From positions 15,612-79,611 of the forward strand of contig MKWN01000028.1 in the NCBI GenBank assembly GCA_001899775.1: a DNA stretch of 64,000 nt, read 5' to 3'. This document shows, one piece after another, positions 34,446 to 44,678 of this stretch. Made by a program: the position numbers and the translations under genes. Each line of letters begins with the position of its first letter. The first letter of the stretch is position 1. The notes below the pieces were generated by a model. That model did no database searches. It was not told where the DNA came from and was given only the letters and a program-made list of their open reading frames with translations. This stretch comes from Thiobacillus sp. 65-29 (lineage in GTDB: Bacteria; Pseudomonadota; Gammaproteobacteria; Burkholderiales; Thiobacillaceae).

Positions 34446-36275
34446 TCACTCCACGGTAACCGACTTCGCCAGATTCCGCGGCTTGTCCACATCCGTGCCC
34501 TTCTGCAGCGCGGCGTGATACGACAGCAATTGCAGCGGCACGGTGTGGAGGATGGGCGACAGCGGACCGTTGTGGTCGCCGGGCAGGCGGATGACGTGGA
34601 CGACGGCGGATTCCTCGATGTGGACGTCGCCGTCGGCGAAGACGTACAGCTCACCGCCGCGCGCGCGCACTTCCTGCAGGTTGGATTTCAGCTTTTCGAT
34701 GAGCTGGTCGTTGGGGGCGATGGCGATGACGGGCATGCCCTCGTCGACCAGGGCGAGCGGGCCGTGCTTGAGTTCGCCGGCGGGATAGGCTTCGGCGTGG
34801 ATGTAGGAGATTTCCTTGAGCTTGAGCGCGCCTTCCAGGGCGATGGGGTAGTGCACGCCGCGGCCGAGAAAAAGAGCATGCTGCTTGTTGGCGAAGCGTT
34901 GCGCCCAGGCTTCGACCGCGGGTTCCAGCGCGAGCACCTGCTGCACCTTGCCGGGCAGGCCGCGCAGGGCGGCAAGATGGGCGAATTCCTGTTCGGGGGT
35001 AAGGCGGCCGCGCAGTTTCGCCAGCACCAGGGTCAGCAGGAACAGGGCGGCGAGCTGGGTGGTAAAGGCCTTGGTCGAGGCAACTCCGATTTCCGGGCCG
35101 GCGCGGGTCATGAATTTGAGACGCGAGACGCGAGTGAGCGCCGACTCCGGGACGTTGCAGATGGTCAGCGTGCGTTCCTGGCCAAGCGCTCTCGCGTGGT
35201 TCAGCGCCGCCAGGGTGTCGGCGGTTTCGCCCGACTGCGAGATGGTGACGATGAGAGCGTCGGGATTGGGTACGCTGGTGCGATAGCGGTACTCGCTGGC
35301 GATTTCGGCGCGCGCGGGAATACCCGCGATCTCTTCCAGCCAGTAAGTGGCCACTTTCGCTGCGTGGTAGCTGGTACCGCACGCCAAAAATGTCACGGCG
35401 TTGACGCTGCCCAGCACTTCGGCCGCGTCGAAGCCAAACCACTCGGGCAGCACATGGTCCTGCCCCGCGGCCGTGAGCAGGGTGTCGGTCAGCGCGCGCG
35501 GCTGTTCGTGGATTTCCTTCTGCATGAAGTGGCGGTAGGTGCCGAGCTCGGCCATGTCGGCGGACAGCTCCGACATGTGCACGGCGCGCTCGACCTTGCT
35601 GCCCGCCGCATCGTAGACGTCGACGTGCAGCAGCCGGATATCGGCGACGTCGCCTTCTTCCAGGTAGATCACGCGCTGGGTCACCGGCAGCAGCGCGGAG
35701 ACGTCGGAAGCGATGAAGTTTTCCTCGATGCCAAGGCCGATGAGCAGCGGGCTGCCCTTGCGCGCACACACGAGCTGATGTGCGGAGTGTGTGCTTACTA
35801 CGCCGATCGCGTAGGCGCCTTCCAGCTGCGCGACGGCGGCACGCGTCGCGGCCAGCAAATCGCGCGCCTGACGGAAATGGCGCTCGATGAGGTGAGCGAT
35901 CACTTCGGTGTCGGTCTCCGAGGTGAAGACGAAGCCCTCCTGCTGCAATTGCGCGCGCAAGGCCTCGTGGTTCTCGATGATGCCGTTGTGGACCACCGCG
36001 AGCCCCCCGCTGACGTGGGGATGGGCGTTGGCTTCCGAGGGCGCGCCGTGGGTCGCCCAGCGGGTGTGGGCGATGCCCAGATGGCCGGACACTTTTTCCG
36101 CCGCACAGGCTTCCGCGAGCGCGGCGACGCGCCCGGTGCTGCGCACCCGCTTGAGGCCATCGTCGACGATGACCAGGCCGGCGGAATCGTAGCCGCGGTA
36201 CTCCAGGCGCCGCAAACCTTCGAGGAGGATGGGAACGACGTTGCGCTGCGCGACCGCGCCGACGATGCCGCACAT
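34446..36275 (-). CDS. glmS: Glutamine--fructose-6-phosphate aminotransferase
   Basis: [32 protein letters not shown]-terminal [13 protein letters not shown]. Confidence 0.98.
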   Translation of the reverse strand: MCGIVGAVAQRNVVPILLEGLRRLEYRGYDSAGLVIVDDGLKRVRSTGRVAALAEACAAEKVSGHLGIAHTRWATHGAPSEANAHPHVSGGLAVVHNGIIENHEALRAQLQQEGFVFTSETDTEVIAHLIERHFRQARDLLAATRAAVAQLEGAYAIGVVSTHSAHQLVCARKGSPLLIGLGIEENFIASDVSALLPVTQRVIYLEEGDVADIRLLHVDVYDAAGSKVERAVHMSELSADMAELGTYRHFMQKEIHEQPRALTDTLLTAAGQDHVLPEWFGFDAAEVLGSVNAVTFLACGTSYHAAKVATYWLEEIAGIPARAEIASEYRYRTSVPNPDALIVTISQSGETADTLAALNHARALGQERTLTICNVPESALTRVSRLKFMTRAGPEIGVASTKAFTTQLAALFLLTLVLAKLRGRLTPEQEFAHLAALRGLPGKVQQVLALEPAVEAWAQRFANKQHALFLGRGVHYPIALEGALKLKEISYIHAEAYPAGELKHGPLALVDEGMPVIAIAPNDQLIEKLKSNLQEVRARGGELYVFADGDVHIEESAVVHVIRLPGDHNGPLSPILHTVPLQLLSYHAALQKGTDVDKPRNLAKSVTVE

Positions 36276-36277
36276 GG

Positions 36278-36367
36278 TCAGCGCTCCGCAGCGGGTACGG
36301 CGCGCGACGCGAGGCGCGAGGCGTCGAATCCCGCGCCACCGTCGCGTTGTCTGGTCAGTCTGGTCAT
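36278..36367 (-). CDS. Putative 29-aa leader/small ORF between glmU and glmS
   Basis: GGGAGGA 9 nt before ATG; [29 protein letters not shown]; stop 2 nt before the glmS ATG. Confidence 0.35.
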   Translation of the reverse strand: MTRLTRQRDGGAGFDASRLASRAVPAAER

Positions 36368-36410
36368 GATTGCGAATCCTCCCGTCACATTGCACAGGGC
36401 GCGGTGCGCC

Positions 36411-37775
36411 TCATTTCTTGCTCGGCCGCTTCCAGTCGCTGATCGTCACCTGCCTGGTCCGCGACAGCGTCAGTTCCCCGGGCGGTGCGTCGCGGGTGAG
36501 CGTGGTGCCGGCGCCCAGCGTCGCGCCGCGGCCGACGGTGACCGGCGCCACGAGTTGCGTGTCGGAGCCGACGAACACCTCGTCCTCGATCACCGTACGG
36601 TGCTTGTTCGCCCCGTCGTAGTTGCAGGTGATGGTGCCGGCGCCGATGTTGACCTTGCGGCCCATGGTCGTGTCGCCGATATACGAGAGGTGGTTGATCT
36701 TGGAGCCTTCGTCGATCTGGCTGTTCTTGATCTCGACGAAATTGCCGACGTGCACGTCGCGCGCCAGCCGCGTGCCCGGACGGATGCGCGAAAACGGCCC
36801 CAGCCGCCCCGCTGCGCCGATCTCCGCATCGTCGATGAGGGTGAAGGCATCGATTTTCGTGGCGGCGGCAATTTTCACGTTGCGCAACACGCAGTTAGCG
36901 CCCACTTGCACGGCATCGCCCAATTCCACGACACCTTCGAACACACAGTTGACATCGATGCTGACATCGCGGCCGCAGCGCAACACCCCGCGCACGTCGA
37001 GCCGCGCCGGGTCGGCGAGGGTGACGCCAGCCTCGAGCAGGGCACGCGCGACCTCGCCCTGGTGGATGCGTTCGAGCTGTGCCAGTTGCGCCTTGCTGTT
37101 GACCCCCAGCACTTCCCACTCGTGAGCCGGTTGGTGAGTCTCCACTTCCACGCCATCGCGTACTGCCATGGCGATAATATCCGTCAAATAGTATTCACCC
37201 TGGACATTGTCGTTGCCCAGCCCGGCGATCCAGCGCTTCAACGCCGCGCTCGGTGCGGCGAGGATGCCGGTGTTGACCTCGCGAATCGCGCGCTCGGCGG
37301 CGCTCGCGTCCTTGTCCTCGACGATGCGCACGACACGCCCGTTCTCGCGCACGATGCGGCCATAACCGGCCGGATCGGCGAGATTCACCGTCAGCAGACC
37401 CAGCCTGCCGGCCCGCGCCGCCACCACCAGTGGTTGCAGCGTCGCGGCGCGCGTGAGCGGCACATCGCCGTACAGCACCAGGGTCACGCCGCCGTCGGCG
37501 AGTTGCGGCAGCGCCTGCATCACCGCATGTCCGGTACCGTGCTGTTCGGCCTGCAACACAAACGTCAGGCGTTCGTCGGCCAGCGCCTGCGGCACCGCCT
37601 CGCCGCCGAAGCCGTAGACGACGCACACCTGTGCCGCGCCGAGCGTGTGCGCGGTGTCGACCACATGGCCCAGCAGCGGCCGGCCCGCCAGACGGTGCAA
37701 CACTTTGGGCAGGTCGGAACGCATGCGGGTGCCCTTGCCCGCGGCAAGGATGACGATTTCGAGTGTGGAAGCCAT
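36411..37775 (-). CDS. glmU: Bifunctional UDP-GlcNAc pyrophosphorylase/glucosamine-1-P acetyltransferase
   Basis: [24 protein letters not shown], hexapeptide repeats, NYDG. Confidence 0.98.
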   Translation of the reverse strand: MASTLEIVILAAGKGTRMRSDLPKVLHRLAGRPLLGHVVDTAHTLGAAQVCVVYGFGGEAVPQALADERLTFVLQAEQHGTGHAVMQALPQLADGGVTLVLYGDVPLTRAATLQPLVVAARAGRLGLLTVNLADPAGYGRIVRENGRVVRIVEDKDASAAERAIREVNTGILAAPSAALKRWIAGLGNDNVQGEYYLTDIIAMAVRDGVEVETHQPAHEWEVLGVNSKAQLAQLERIHQGEVARALLEAGVTLADPARLDVRGVLRCGRDVSIDVNCVFEGVVELGDAVQVGANCVLRNVKIAAATKIDAFTLIDDAEIGAAGRLGPFSRIRPGTRLARDVHVGNFVEIKNSQIDEGSKINHLSYIGDTTMGRKVNIGAGTITCNYDGANKHRTVIEDEVFVGSDTQLVAPVTVGRGATLGAGTTLTRDAPPGELTLSRTRQVTISDWKRPSKK

Positions 37776-37844
37776 GGCTGTTCGGATCAATGCGGCACTA
37801 CCGCAGGCGAGCAATTCGCGCGCCAAGTATAACCCCGGCGCGCG

Positions 37845-38666
37845 TCAGCGCATCGGTGCGGCGGGCACGAAGCCGGGCGGCCCGGGCAGCCGCACGGCCA
37901 CTTTCTGGTAGCCTGCGGGCAGGACGAACAGCTCGGGCTTGAGTGGTTCGGCGGAAAACTCGCGGAATTCCAGACTCACTTTCGAGGGCAGCTTGCGCGC
38001 GAGGTTCGCCATCGGCCCATTGCCGTCGTGGCGCCCGGCGACTTCGCCGCCGCACGGCAGCCCCTGCGGCGCGAGCTTGCGCAGGATCTCGCTCATCACC
38101 TGCGCATACGCCGGCGCGATGCGCGCGACGGCGGGTACCGCAAGGAAGAATCCCGGCCGCGCGGTTGCCTCGACCAGTTCGCGGACCGCCGCCTGCTCGG
38201 GCACCCCCTGCGCGAGCCAGATGCGGCCGCTCAGGTGAAACACCGTTTCCTCGTTGCCCAGGCGCGTCGGCACGCTGGCTTCGAGGACGTGCTCGCGGCA
38301 GGTCCATTTCTGCAGCGGCCGGGTCGCACCGGTCGGCTCGAAGCTCAACTTGAGGCGACCGGTCGGCGCGCTCGCCTCGGTGGCGGCGTCGAGTGCGGCG
38401 AGATCGTGAACTTCGGCGGTGCGCGTGAAATGGTCGACGATCATGGCCTGGCGCGTGGCGAGGTCGAACAGGTGGGTGATGGCGCGCCCGCGGTCGGTGA
38501 AGTCGCGCCGCACCGTGGTGCCGCGCACCCAGATGCGCTCCTGGCTGGACAGCGGGGTGCCGAAGGCGTCGATCACGCTATAGCCGGCGAGCGCGAGATC
38601 GGCGCGCGCCGGCACGGCAGCGAAAGTCAGGATGGCGGCAAGCGCGAGTCCGCGAACAGAGGTCAT
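37845..38666 (-). CDS. Periplasmic hypothetical protein, DUF4412-like beta-rich
   Basis: Signal peptide ending VPARA; C-terminal ELFVLPAGYQKV; ATGA overlap with the MMPL gene. Confidence 0.7.
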   Translation of the reverse strand: MTSVRGLALAAILTFAAVPARADLALAGYSVIDAFGTPLSSQERIWVRGTTVRRDFTDRGRAITHLFDLATRQAMIVDHFTRTAEVHDLAALDAATEASAPTGRLKLSFEPTGATRPLQKWTCREHVLEASVPTRLGNEETVFHLSGRIWLAQGVPEQAAVRELVEATARPGFFLAVPAVARIAPAYAQVMSEILRKLAPQGLPCGGEVAGRHDGNGPMANLARKLPSKVSLEFREFSAEPLKPELFVLPAGYQKVAVRLPGPPGFVPAAPMR

Positions 38667-40927
38667 GTCTTGCCTTCGTGTCGTGTTTCGTCGAGGCCCA
38701 GGCGCTGGTAGACCCGCATCAGCGGCTTCGGCGCCCACCAGTTGAGCCAGCCCATCAGCCGCAGGGTGGAAGGCACCAGCAGCATGCGCACCAGTGTCGC
38801 ATCGACCACCACCGAGAGCAACAGGCCTAGACCGATGGCCTTGATGAACACCACCTCACCGAGCGCGAAGGCGCCGAGCACCACACCGATCAGCAGCGCG
38901 GCGTTGGTGATGATCGGCCCACTGCGCTGCATGCCGGTGGACACCGACTTCAGGCTGTCGCCGCGCGTGGCGTCGCACATTTCCTTGACCCGCGACAACA
39001 GGAACACTTCGTAGTCGATGGACAGGCCGAAGGCGGCGGCGAAGATCAGCACCAGGATCGTGCCGTCGAGCGCGCCCTGCGGGGTGAACCCGAGCCAGGC
39101 GGACAGGTTGCCCTCCTGGATGATCCACACCAGCGCACCGAAGGTGGCCGACAGCGACAGCAGATTGGTGAGCACGACCTTCACCGGCACGAGGATGCTG
39201 CCCAGCATGAGGAACAGCAGCACGAAAATGACGACGATGATCGCCGTCATCACCTTGGGCACGCCGGCGCGCAGTGCGTCGAGATAGTCGAGATGGAAGG
39301 CCGGGAAGCCACCCACCACCACGTCGCGCAAGCCCGCGTCGACGGGCAGCGCACGAATGCGCTCGACCAGCGCGCGTGCCGCCGGTGACGCCGGATCGGC
39401 GCGGTACTGGACGTGGATCAGCGTGGTGTCGCCGCGGCTGTAGGCCTCCAGCGCGGCCTGCGCCGGCGGAAAGGCCTCGGGGTGCTGGTAGAGCATCTGG
39501 TAGTCGGCGAGCGCGAGCGTCGCATCCAGGCTCATCAGGCCGGTGACGCGCGTCACGCCGGGTAGCGCAGCGAGCGTCCCGTGCAGGCGGTGGAGCGCGG
39601 CCAGACTGGCGGGATCGGTGAGCGGGGCGCGCGTGGTGACGACGACGAGGATGGGGCTCAACTCGCTGACCGCGAAGTCGCTGGCGAGCAGGTCCTGCAC
39701 CTGCCGGCTTTCCGCCGAGGGCGGCAGCGAGCGCGCGTCGGCCGGACCGATCTGCAGATTGCGCACCGGCCAGGCGAGCACCAGCAGGATGGCCAGCGAG
39801 GCGAGCAGCACCAGTCGTGCATGGCGCATGACGAAATGGCTGAAGCGGTACCAGCGGCCGCTCTCACCCGTATCCGGGGCGTGAGGCTTGAGGAACGGGG
39901 GTGCCCAGCGGTTGACACGGTGACCGAGCAGCGCCAGCAGCGCCGGCAGCAGGAGAATCGTGGCCATCATCGCCGTGGCGACGGAGATGCCGCCGGCAAG
40001 CCCCATGTTGTGGAAGAAGCGCTGCGGCAGCAGGAACAGACAGAACAGGCTGCTCGCCACCGTCAGCCCGCTGAACATGAGGGTGCGCCCCGCAGTGGCG
40101 AGCGTGATGCGCAGCGCGACGTCCACCGGCTTGCCGAGCGCGAGTTCCTCGCGGAAGCGCGACACCATGAAAAGGCTGTAGTCGACGGCAAGGCCCAACC
40201 CCAGCATCGACACCACGTTGGGCGCGTACACGCTGATCTCCGTGCCCCAGGTGGCCAGCTTCATCCAGGCCATACTGCTGGCGATGGTTGCCGCACCGAC
40301 GACGAGTGGCAACAGCGCCGCCACCGCGGAACGGAACACCAGCACCAGCAACGCCGCCAGCAGCACGAAGCTCGCGCTCTCGGCGATGCGCAGGTCGCGG
40401 TCGAGCTGCTCGCGCACGTCGACGTAGACCGCCAGTTCGCCGCCCAGGCGCAGCGCGAGCGCCTCGCTCGCCAGCACGTCGCGCAGTTGCCGATAGGCGG
40501 CGACGCCCTCGTCGTGGCCGCGTGCGAGATGCACCAGCGCATAGGTGTGGCGCCCGTCGCGCGATTTCAGGCGCGCATCGCCCGTGGTGTAGTAGGTGTG
40601 CGCCGCGCGCACCGCGTCGAGGCCGACCAGCGGCGCCAGCGCCGCTTCCACCGCCGCGCGGTAGTCCGGACTGTCGACCCGCTGTGGCCCGCCGGCACCG
40701 CGCGGACTGAACATCACCACCACCGGCGCCTCGTCGTGGCCCAACTGCTCGCGCAGGATCGCATCGACCCGTGCGGAACCCGACGCCGGCGCGTGCCAGC
40801 CCGGATCGAGCGTCAGCCGCGCGGTGATGTCATGGCCGAAACCGACGGCAAAGACCGTCCATGCGACGGCCACCGCGACGAACACCCACGGCATGCGTAC
40901 CACCCAGCGCGCCAGCGTCGTGAACAT
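38663..40927 (-). CDS. MMPL-family (RND superfamily) transporter, MmpL3/MmpL11-type signatures
   Basis: Two repeats with GLAVDYSLF.VSRFREE and GLSIDYEVF.LSRVKE; TAGRTLMFSG; VDATLVRMLLVP. Confidence 0.9.
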   Translation of the reverse strand: MFTTLARWVVRMPWVFVAVAVAWTVFAVGFGHDITARLTLDPGWHAPASGSARVDAILREQLGHDEAPVVVMFSPRGAGGPQRVDSPDYRAAVEAALAPLVGLDAVRAAHTYYTTGDARLKSRDGRHTYALVHLARGHDEGVAAYRQLRDVLASEALALRLGGELAVYVDVREQLDRDLRIAESASFVLLAALLVLVFRSAVAALLPLVVGAATIASSMAWMKLATWGTEISVYAPNVVSMLGLGLAVDYSLFMVSRFREELALGKPVDVALRITLATAGRTLMFSGLTVASSLFCLFLLPQRFFHNMGLAGGISVATAMMATILLLPALLALLGHRVNRWAPPFLKPHAPDTGESGRWYRFSHFVMRHARLVLLASLAILLVLAWPVRNLQIGPADARSLPPSAESRQVQDLLASDFAVSELSPILVVVTTRAPLTDPASLAALHRLHGTLAALPGVTRVTGLMSLDATLALADYQMLYQHPEAFPPAQAALEAYSRGDTTLIHVQYRADPASPAARALVERIRALPVDAGLRDVVVGGFPAFHLDYLDALRAGVPKVMTAIIVVIFVLLFLMLGSILVPVKVVLTNLLSLSATFGALVWIIQEGNLSAWLGFTPQGALDGTILVLIFAAAFGLSIDYEVFLLSRVKEMCDATRGDSLKSVSTGMQRSGPIITNAALLIGVVLGAFALGEVVFIKAIGLGLLLSVVVDATLVRMLLVPSTLRLMGWLNWWAPKPLMRVYQRLGLDETRHEGKT

Positions 40928-40940
40928 GCGCCGGCCCTCC

Positions 40941-41483
40941 TCAGCGGACCGCCATGCGGCGTTCTGCCTCACGCGCCACCGCGTCAAGGCGCAGGCGGAC
41001 CTCGTCCTGCACATAGGCGTCGGTCAGCGCCGGCGGCGGCGGCAACAGCGGCACCACGTGCGCCCGGTAAACCAGACGCACCGGACGCCGGCTGCCCTCG
41101 ATGCGCCACTCGCCGCGCATCGAGGCGACCCACCCCGACACCGAGCGGAAGCCGATCCACACGGGGGGACGCTCGTCCATCGCGAGCACCACATGATCCG
41201 GCAGCACCAGCGAAAGCAGGCCGCCCTCGCCCTTCTGCTCGACCAGGCGTGGCCGCACCTGGGGCGGCGACACCTGGCGCGACAGCGTCATCCCCGGCAC
41301 GAAGCTCGCCAGGCGGTTGTAGTCGGTGAGCGTGGCCCACAGTACGTCCGCATCGGCATCGACCTGCGCCACCGCCTGGATACGCACCCCGGCAAGGCCG
41401 ATATCGGTGACCACATTGGCGCGCGCCAGCACCATGGCTGGCAGGCACGCCAGAACACCCAGCAGGATTCTGTATCGGTTCAC
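40941..41483 (-). CDS. SRPBCC/START-fold (polyketide cyclase/dehydrase-like) protein with N-terminal signal
   Basis: GTG at 41483 after GGAGG; LWATLTDYNRLASFVPGM; SMRGEWRI. Confidence 0.75.
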   Translation of the reverse strand: MNRYRILLGVLACLPAMVLARANVVTDIGLAGVRIQAVAQVDADADVLWATLTDYNRLASFVPGMTLSRQVSPPQVRPRLVEQKGEGGLLSLVLPDHVVLAMDERPPVWIGFRSVSGWVASMRGEWRIEGSRRPVRLVYRAHVVPLLPPPPALTDAYVQDEVRLRLDAVAREAERRMAVR

Positions 41484-41666
41484 GCCACGCCTCCGCATCT
41501 CCGGCAGGTTTTTCTTTCAGTTTCCTCCATCCGGGGCAAAAGGCAACCCGCGCAGCGTGCGGCACGCGATCGGCGCTGCATCCCCGCTGCGCGAAAGTGC
41601 CAATGTCGCTATCCGCATCCCGAATTCCTAGAATGGGCTCACAACAATACCCAGGAGAGGACACGC

Positions 41667-42086
41667 ATGGACATGAAACGCTTCGAAACCCAGCATGAAG
41701 CCATCCAGCGTGGCATCGACGACCTGCGCACGCTCTCCAGGCGGGGCGTAAGTGAGAACGCTGCCGAAATCGCACGGCTGGTGGTGAACATCAGTTCCAC
41801 CATCAAGCTGCACCTGGCCGGTGAGGATCGCATGCTCTATCCTGCCGCGTTGCGCGCGGGCGATGCCGCGGTGGCACGGCTGGCGCAACGGTATCAGGAC
41901 GACATGGGCCCGCTTGCCGCGGAATTCGAAGCATTCGTGCGCCGCTGGAACACTGCGCAGCCCCTGCGCGAACAGGCGGAGACCTTCCGCCGCGAAGCGA
42001 ACACGGTGCTTCGCCTGCTGTGGGAGCGCATGCAGCGCGAAAACACCGAGTTCTATCCGCGCATGAAAGAACTGAAGGTCGACTGA
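41667..42086 (+). CDS. Hemerythrin/HHE-domain protein
   Basis: AGGAGAGG RBS; QH..., KLHLAGEDRMLYP, RENTEFYP. Confidence 0.8.
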   Translation: MDMKRFETQHEAIQRGIDDLRTLSRRGVSENAAEIARLVVNISSTIKLHLAGEDRMLYPAALRAGDAAVARLAQRYQDDMGPLAAEFEAFVRRWNTAQPLREQAETFRREANTVLRLLWERMQRENTEFYPRMKELKVD

Positions 42087-42141
42087 CCCCCGCGCGACAA
42101 CGAGCCCAAGGTACCGGCCGACGGGGTTCGGCCCGCGAACA

Positions 42142-42585
42142 CTAGCGCGGCACGCAGTACGAGGGATAAGCCAGGCGCGCCGCCTCGGGCCGCTCCAGCG
42201 CCCGGTACCGGCCCCCGGAGAACCGTGGACAGTCGCGCGCAAGGCCTGCCGCGATCACGGCCGCGCCGATGTCCTCGCCACCCGCCTCGCCAACGAAGCA
42301 GGTGCCGACCACGCGGTCCTTCGATCGCGTGCCATCCAGCTCGCATCTGACCTCGCGGCCCTGTGCCAGCCGCTCGACGAAGCGGGTGGCCTCGGCGCCG
42401 CCACGCTGGTCACGCTCCGGTGCGGCCACGCCCTGCAGGCGAACCTTGACGATTGTGCCGGCGCGTTTGAGATGGAGCGTGTCGCCATCGACCACGTGGG
42501 CGATGCCCGTGACGTGTCCACCGCCGCGGGCAAAAACCGGGGTGACAGCAAGGGCTGCAACGAGCAGCCCGGCGATCAGGCGCAT
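42142..42585 (-). CDS. Secreted thermonuclease (SNase-like) family protein
   Basis: Signal peptide, VVDGDTL, VRLQGVAAPE, GLARDCPRFSGGRY. Confidence 0.85.
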   Translation of the reverse strand: MRLIAGLLVAALAVTPVFARGGGHVTGIAHVVDGDTLHLKRAGTIVKVRLQGVAAPERDQRGGAEATRFVERLAQGREVRCELDGTRSKDRVVGTCFVGEAGGEDIGAAVIAAGLARDCPRFSGGRYRALERPEAARLAYPSYCVPR

Positions 42586-42693
42586 GGGGTGGTTTCCTTT
42601 GTTGTTCAACCCTGATTTTCCATTAGCACCCTGCGATCCGCTTGCCGGCCGAAACGGGCATTTGGAGCCAGATTCGGCCCGCACGCCGGCCTC

Positions 42694-44136
42694 CTACCGG
42701 GGGGACGCCGATTCCCCCACGCGCAGGATGCGCATGGCGTTGGTGCCACCGTGCACGCCGGCGAGATCGCCCTCGGTGATGATGACCAGATCGCCCTCGC
42801 GCACCGCACCGTACCGCATGAGCCGGTCGAGCGCTTCGCGGTTCACCTCGGCATGGCCGGCGGCGGTCACGTCGAAGTCGACCGGGTAGACGCCGCGATA
42901 AAGCGTCACCTTCGCACGGGTGTCGGCATGGCGCGTCAGGGCGTAGATCGGGATGCCGGAACTGATGCGCGACATCCACAGTGGCGTTGCGCCCGACTCG
43001 GTGAGTGCCGCGATGGCCTTCACGTTCAGATGGTTGGCGGTGTACATCGCGGCCTTGGCGATGGCCTCGTCGATGCGGTGGAAACGCATCGTCTGGCGGC
43101 GCGCGGACAGGGTGGTCAGGCGCTGGCGCTCCGCGGCCTTGCAGATGCGATCCATCGCCTGCACCACGCGTGCCGGGTATTTGCCGATGGCGGTCTCGGC
43201 GGACAGCATGACGGCGTCGGTCCCGTCGAGCACGGCGTTGGCGACGTCGAACACCTCGGCGCGCGTCGGAATGGGATTCTCGACCATCGACTGCATCATC
43301 TGCGTGGCGGTGATGACGACGCGGTCGAGGCTGCGCGCCGCCTGGATGATGCGCTTCTGCACCGCGGGCAGTTCGGCGTCGCCGATCTCCACGCCGAGGT
43401 CGCCACGCGCGATCATCACCACATCGGCGGCCTGCATGATGTCCTCGAGGCTGGCGACCGCCTCGGCGCGCTCGATCTTGGCGACGATGCCGGCACGGCC
43501 ACCGGCCGCATGCAGCAGCGCGCGCGCCTCGTGAATGTCGTCGGCCGAACGCGGGAAGGAGACGGCGAGATAATCGGCGCGCATCGCGGCGGCGACCGCG
43601 ATGTCGGCGCGGTCCTTGTCGGTGAGGGCCTGGGCCGACAACCCGCCACCCTGGCGGTTGATACCCTTGTTGTCCGCGAGCGCGCCACCGACCACCACGC
43701 GGCATTCGATCTGCGTGCCCCGAACGTCCTCGACCTCGAGGACGATCGCGCCGTCGTCCAGCAGCAGGGTGTCGCCGCGAACAACGTCTGCGGGCAGCGC
43801 GGCGTAGCTGATGCCGACCCGCTCCCGCGTACCGTCCCCGGCCGGCAGCGCGGCATCCAGCACGAAGCGCGCACCGTCCGCGAGATGCACCGGCCCCTCG
43901 CGGAAACGCTGGATGCGGATTTTCGGCCCCTGCAGATCGGCCAGCACGCCGACTTCGCGCCCAAGGGTGCCGGCTCGCTCACGCACCCTGCGCGCACGCT
44001 CGATGTGCTCCGGCTGGCTGCCGTGGGAGAAATTCAGCCGCACGACGTCGACGCCGGCGTGGATGAGTTCGTCCAGGACGCGGGCATCGTCGGTCGCCGG
44101 GCCGAGGGTTGCAACGATCTTGGTTCTGCGTTTCAT
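42694..44136 (-). CDS. pyk: Pyruvate kinase
   Basis: RTKIVATLGPA, RLNFSHG, DLQGPKIR, KIERAEA, MIARGDLGVE, DAVMLSAET. Confidence 0.96.
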   Translation of the reverse strand: MKRRTKIVATLGPATDDARVLDELIHAGVDVVRLNFSHGSQPEHIERARRVRERAGTLGREVGVLADLQGPKIRIQRFREGPVHLADGARFVLDAALPAGDGTRERVGISYAALPADVVRGDTLLLDDGAIVLEVEDVRGTQIECRVVVGGALADNKGINRQGGGLSAQALTDKDRADIAVAAAMRADYLAVSFPRSADDIHEARALLHAAGGRAGIVAKIERAEAVASLEDIMQAADVVMIARGDLGVEIGDAELPAVQKRIIQAARSLDRVVITATQMMQSMVENPIPTRAEVFDVANAVLDGTDAVMLSAETAIGKYPARVVQAMDRICKAAERQRLTTLSARRQTMRFHRIDEAIAKAAMYTANHLNVKAIAALTESGATPLWMSRISSGIPIYALTRHADTRAKVTLYRGVYPVDFDVTAAGHAEVNREALDRLMRYGAVREGDLVIITEGDLAGVHGGTNAMRILRVGESASPR

Positions 44137-44243
44137 GGCGCGCCGCTCTCCTGCAGGGGATGACACACGGACGCGAGGCGCCCGGGGGCTCGGGGTCGAC
44201 ACCCGAAGTGGCCGGCCGGGTGAGGGGGCTGCGCCCGCGGCGA

Positions 44244-44666
44244 TCAGATCTTCCGGCGCAGCTTCTCGATCGTCGCCAGCTGGGCGATGGCTTCGGCGAG
44301 TTCCGCCTGCGCCTTGGCGTAGTCGAGGCTGGCCTCGCGATTCTTCATCGCATCCTCGGCGGCGCGCTTGGCTTCGAGTGCTTTCGCCTCGTCGAGGTCA
44401 TTGCCGCGGATCGCCGTGTCGGACAGAATGGTGACGACGTGCGGCTGCACTTCGAGGATGCCGCCCGACACGTAGATCATCACCTCCTCCGCCTGGTCCG
44501 GCAGCTTCATGCGCACCGTCCCCGGCTTGAGGGTGGTGAGCAGCGGCGTGTGGCGCGGGTGGATGCCGAGCTCGCCGCGCTGGCCGGGCGCAATCACCAC
44601 TTCGGCCGAGCCGGAGTAGAGCGCCTTTTCTGCGCTGACGATATCGACGTGGATGGTCATGGCCAT
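44244..44666 (-). CDS. atpC: ATP synthase F1 epsilon subunit
   Basis: [30 protein letters not shown]. Confidence 0.96.
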   Translation of the reverse strand: MAMTIHVDIVSAEKALYSGSAEVVIAPGQRGELGIHPRHTPLLTTLKPGTVRMKLPDQAEEVMIYVSGGILEVQPHVVTILSDTAIRGNDLDEAKALEAKRAAEDAMKNREASLDYAKAQAELAEAIAQLATIEKLRRKI

Positions 44667-44678
44667 AGTTAAAACCTC

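Noticed and set aside
41585-41605. Sigma54 promoter for the SRPBCC-MMPL operon (minus strand TGGCACTTTCGCGCA)
   Set aside because: GG-GC spacing is 9, not the strictly required 10.
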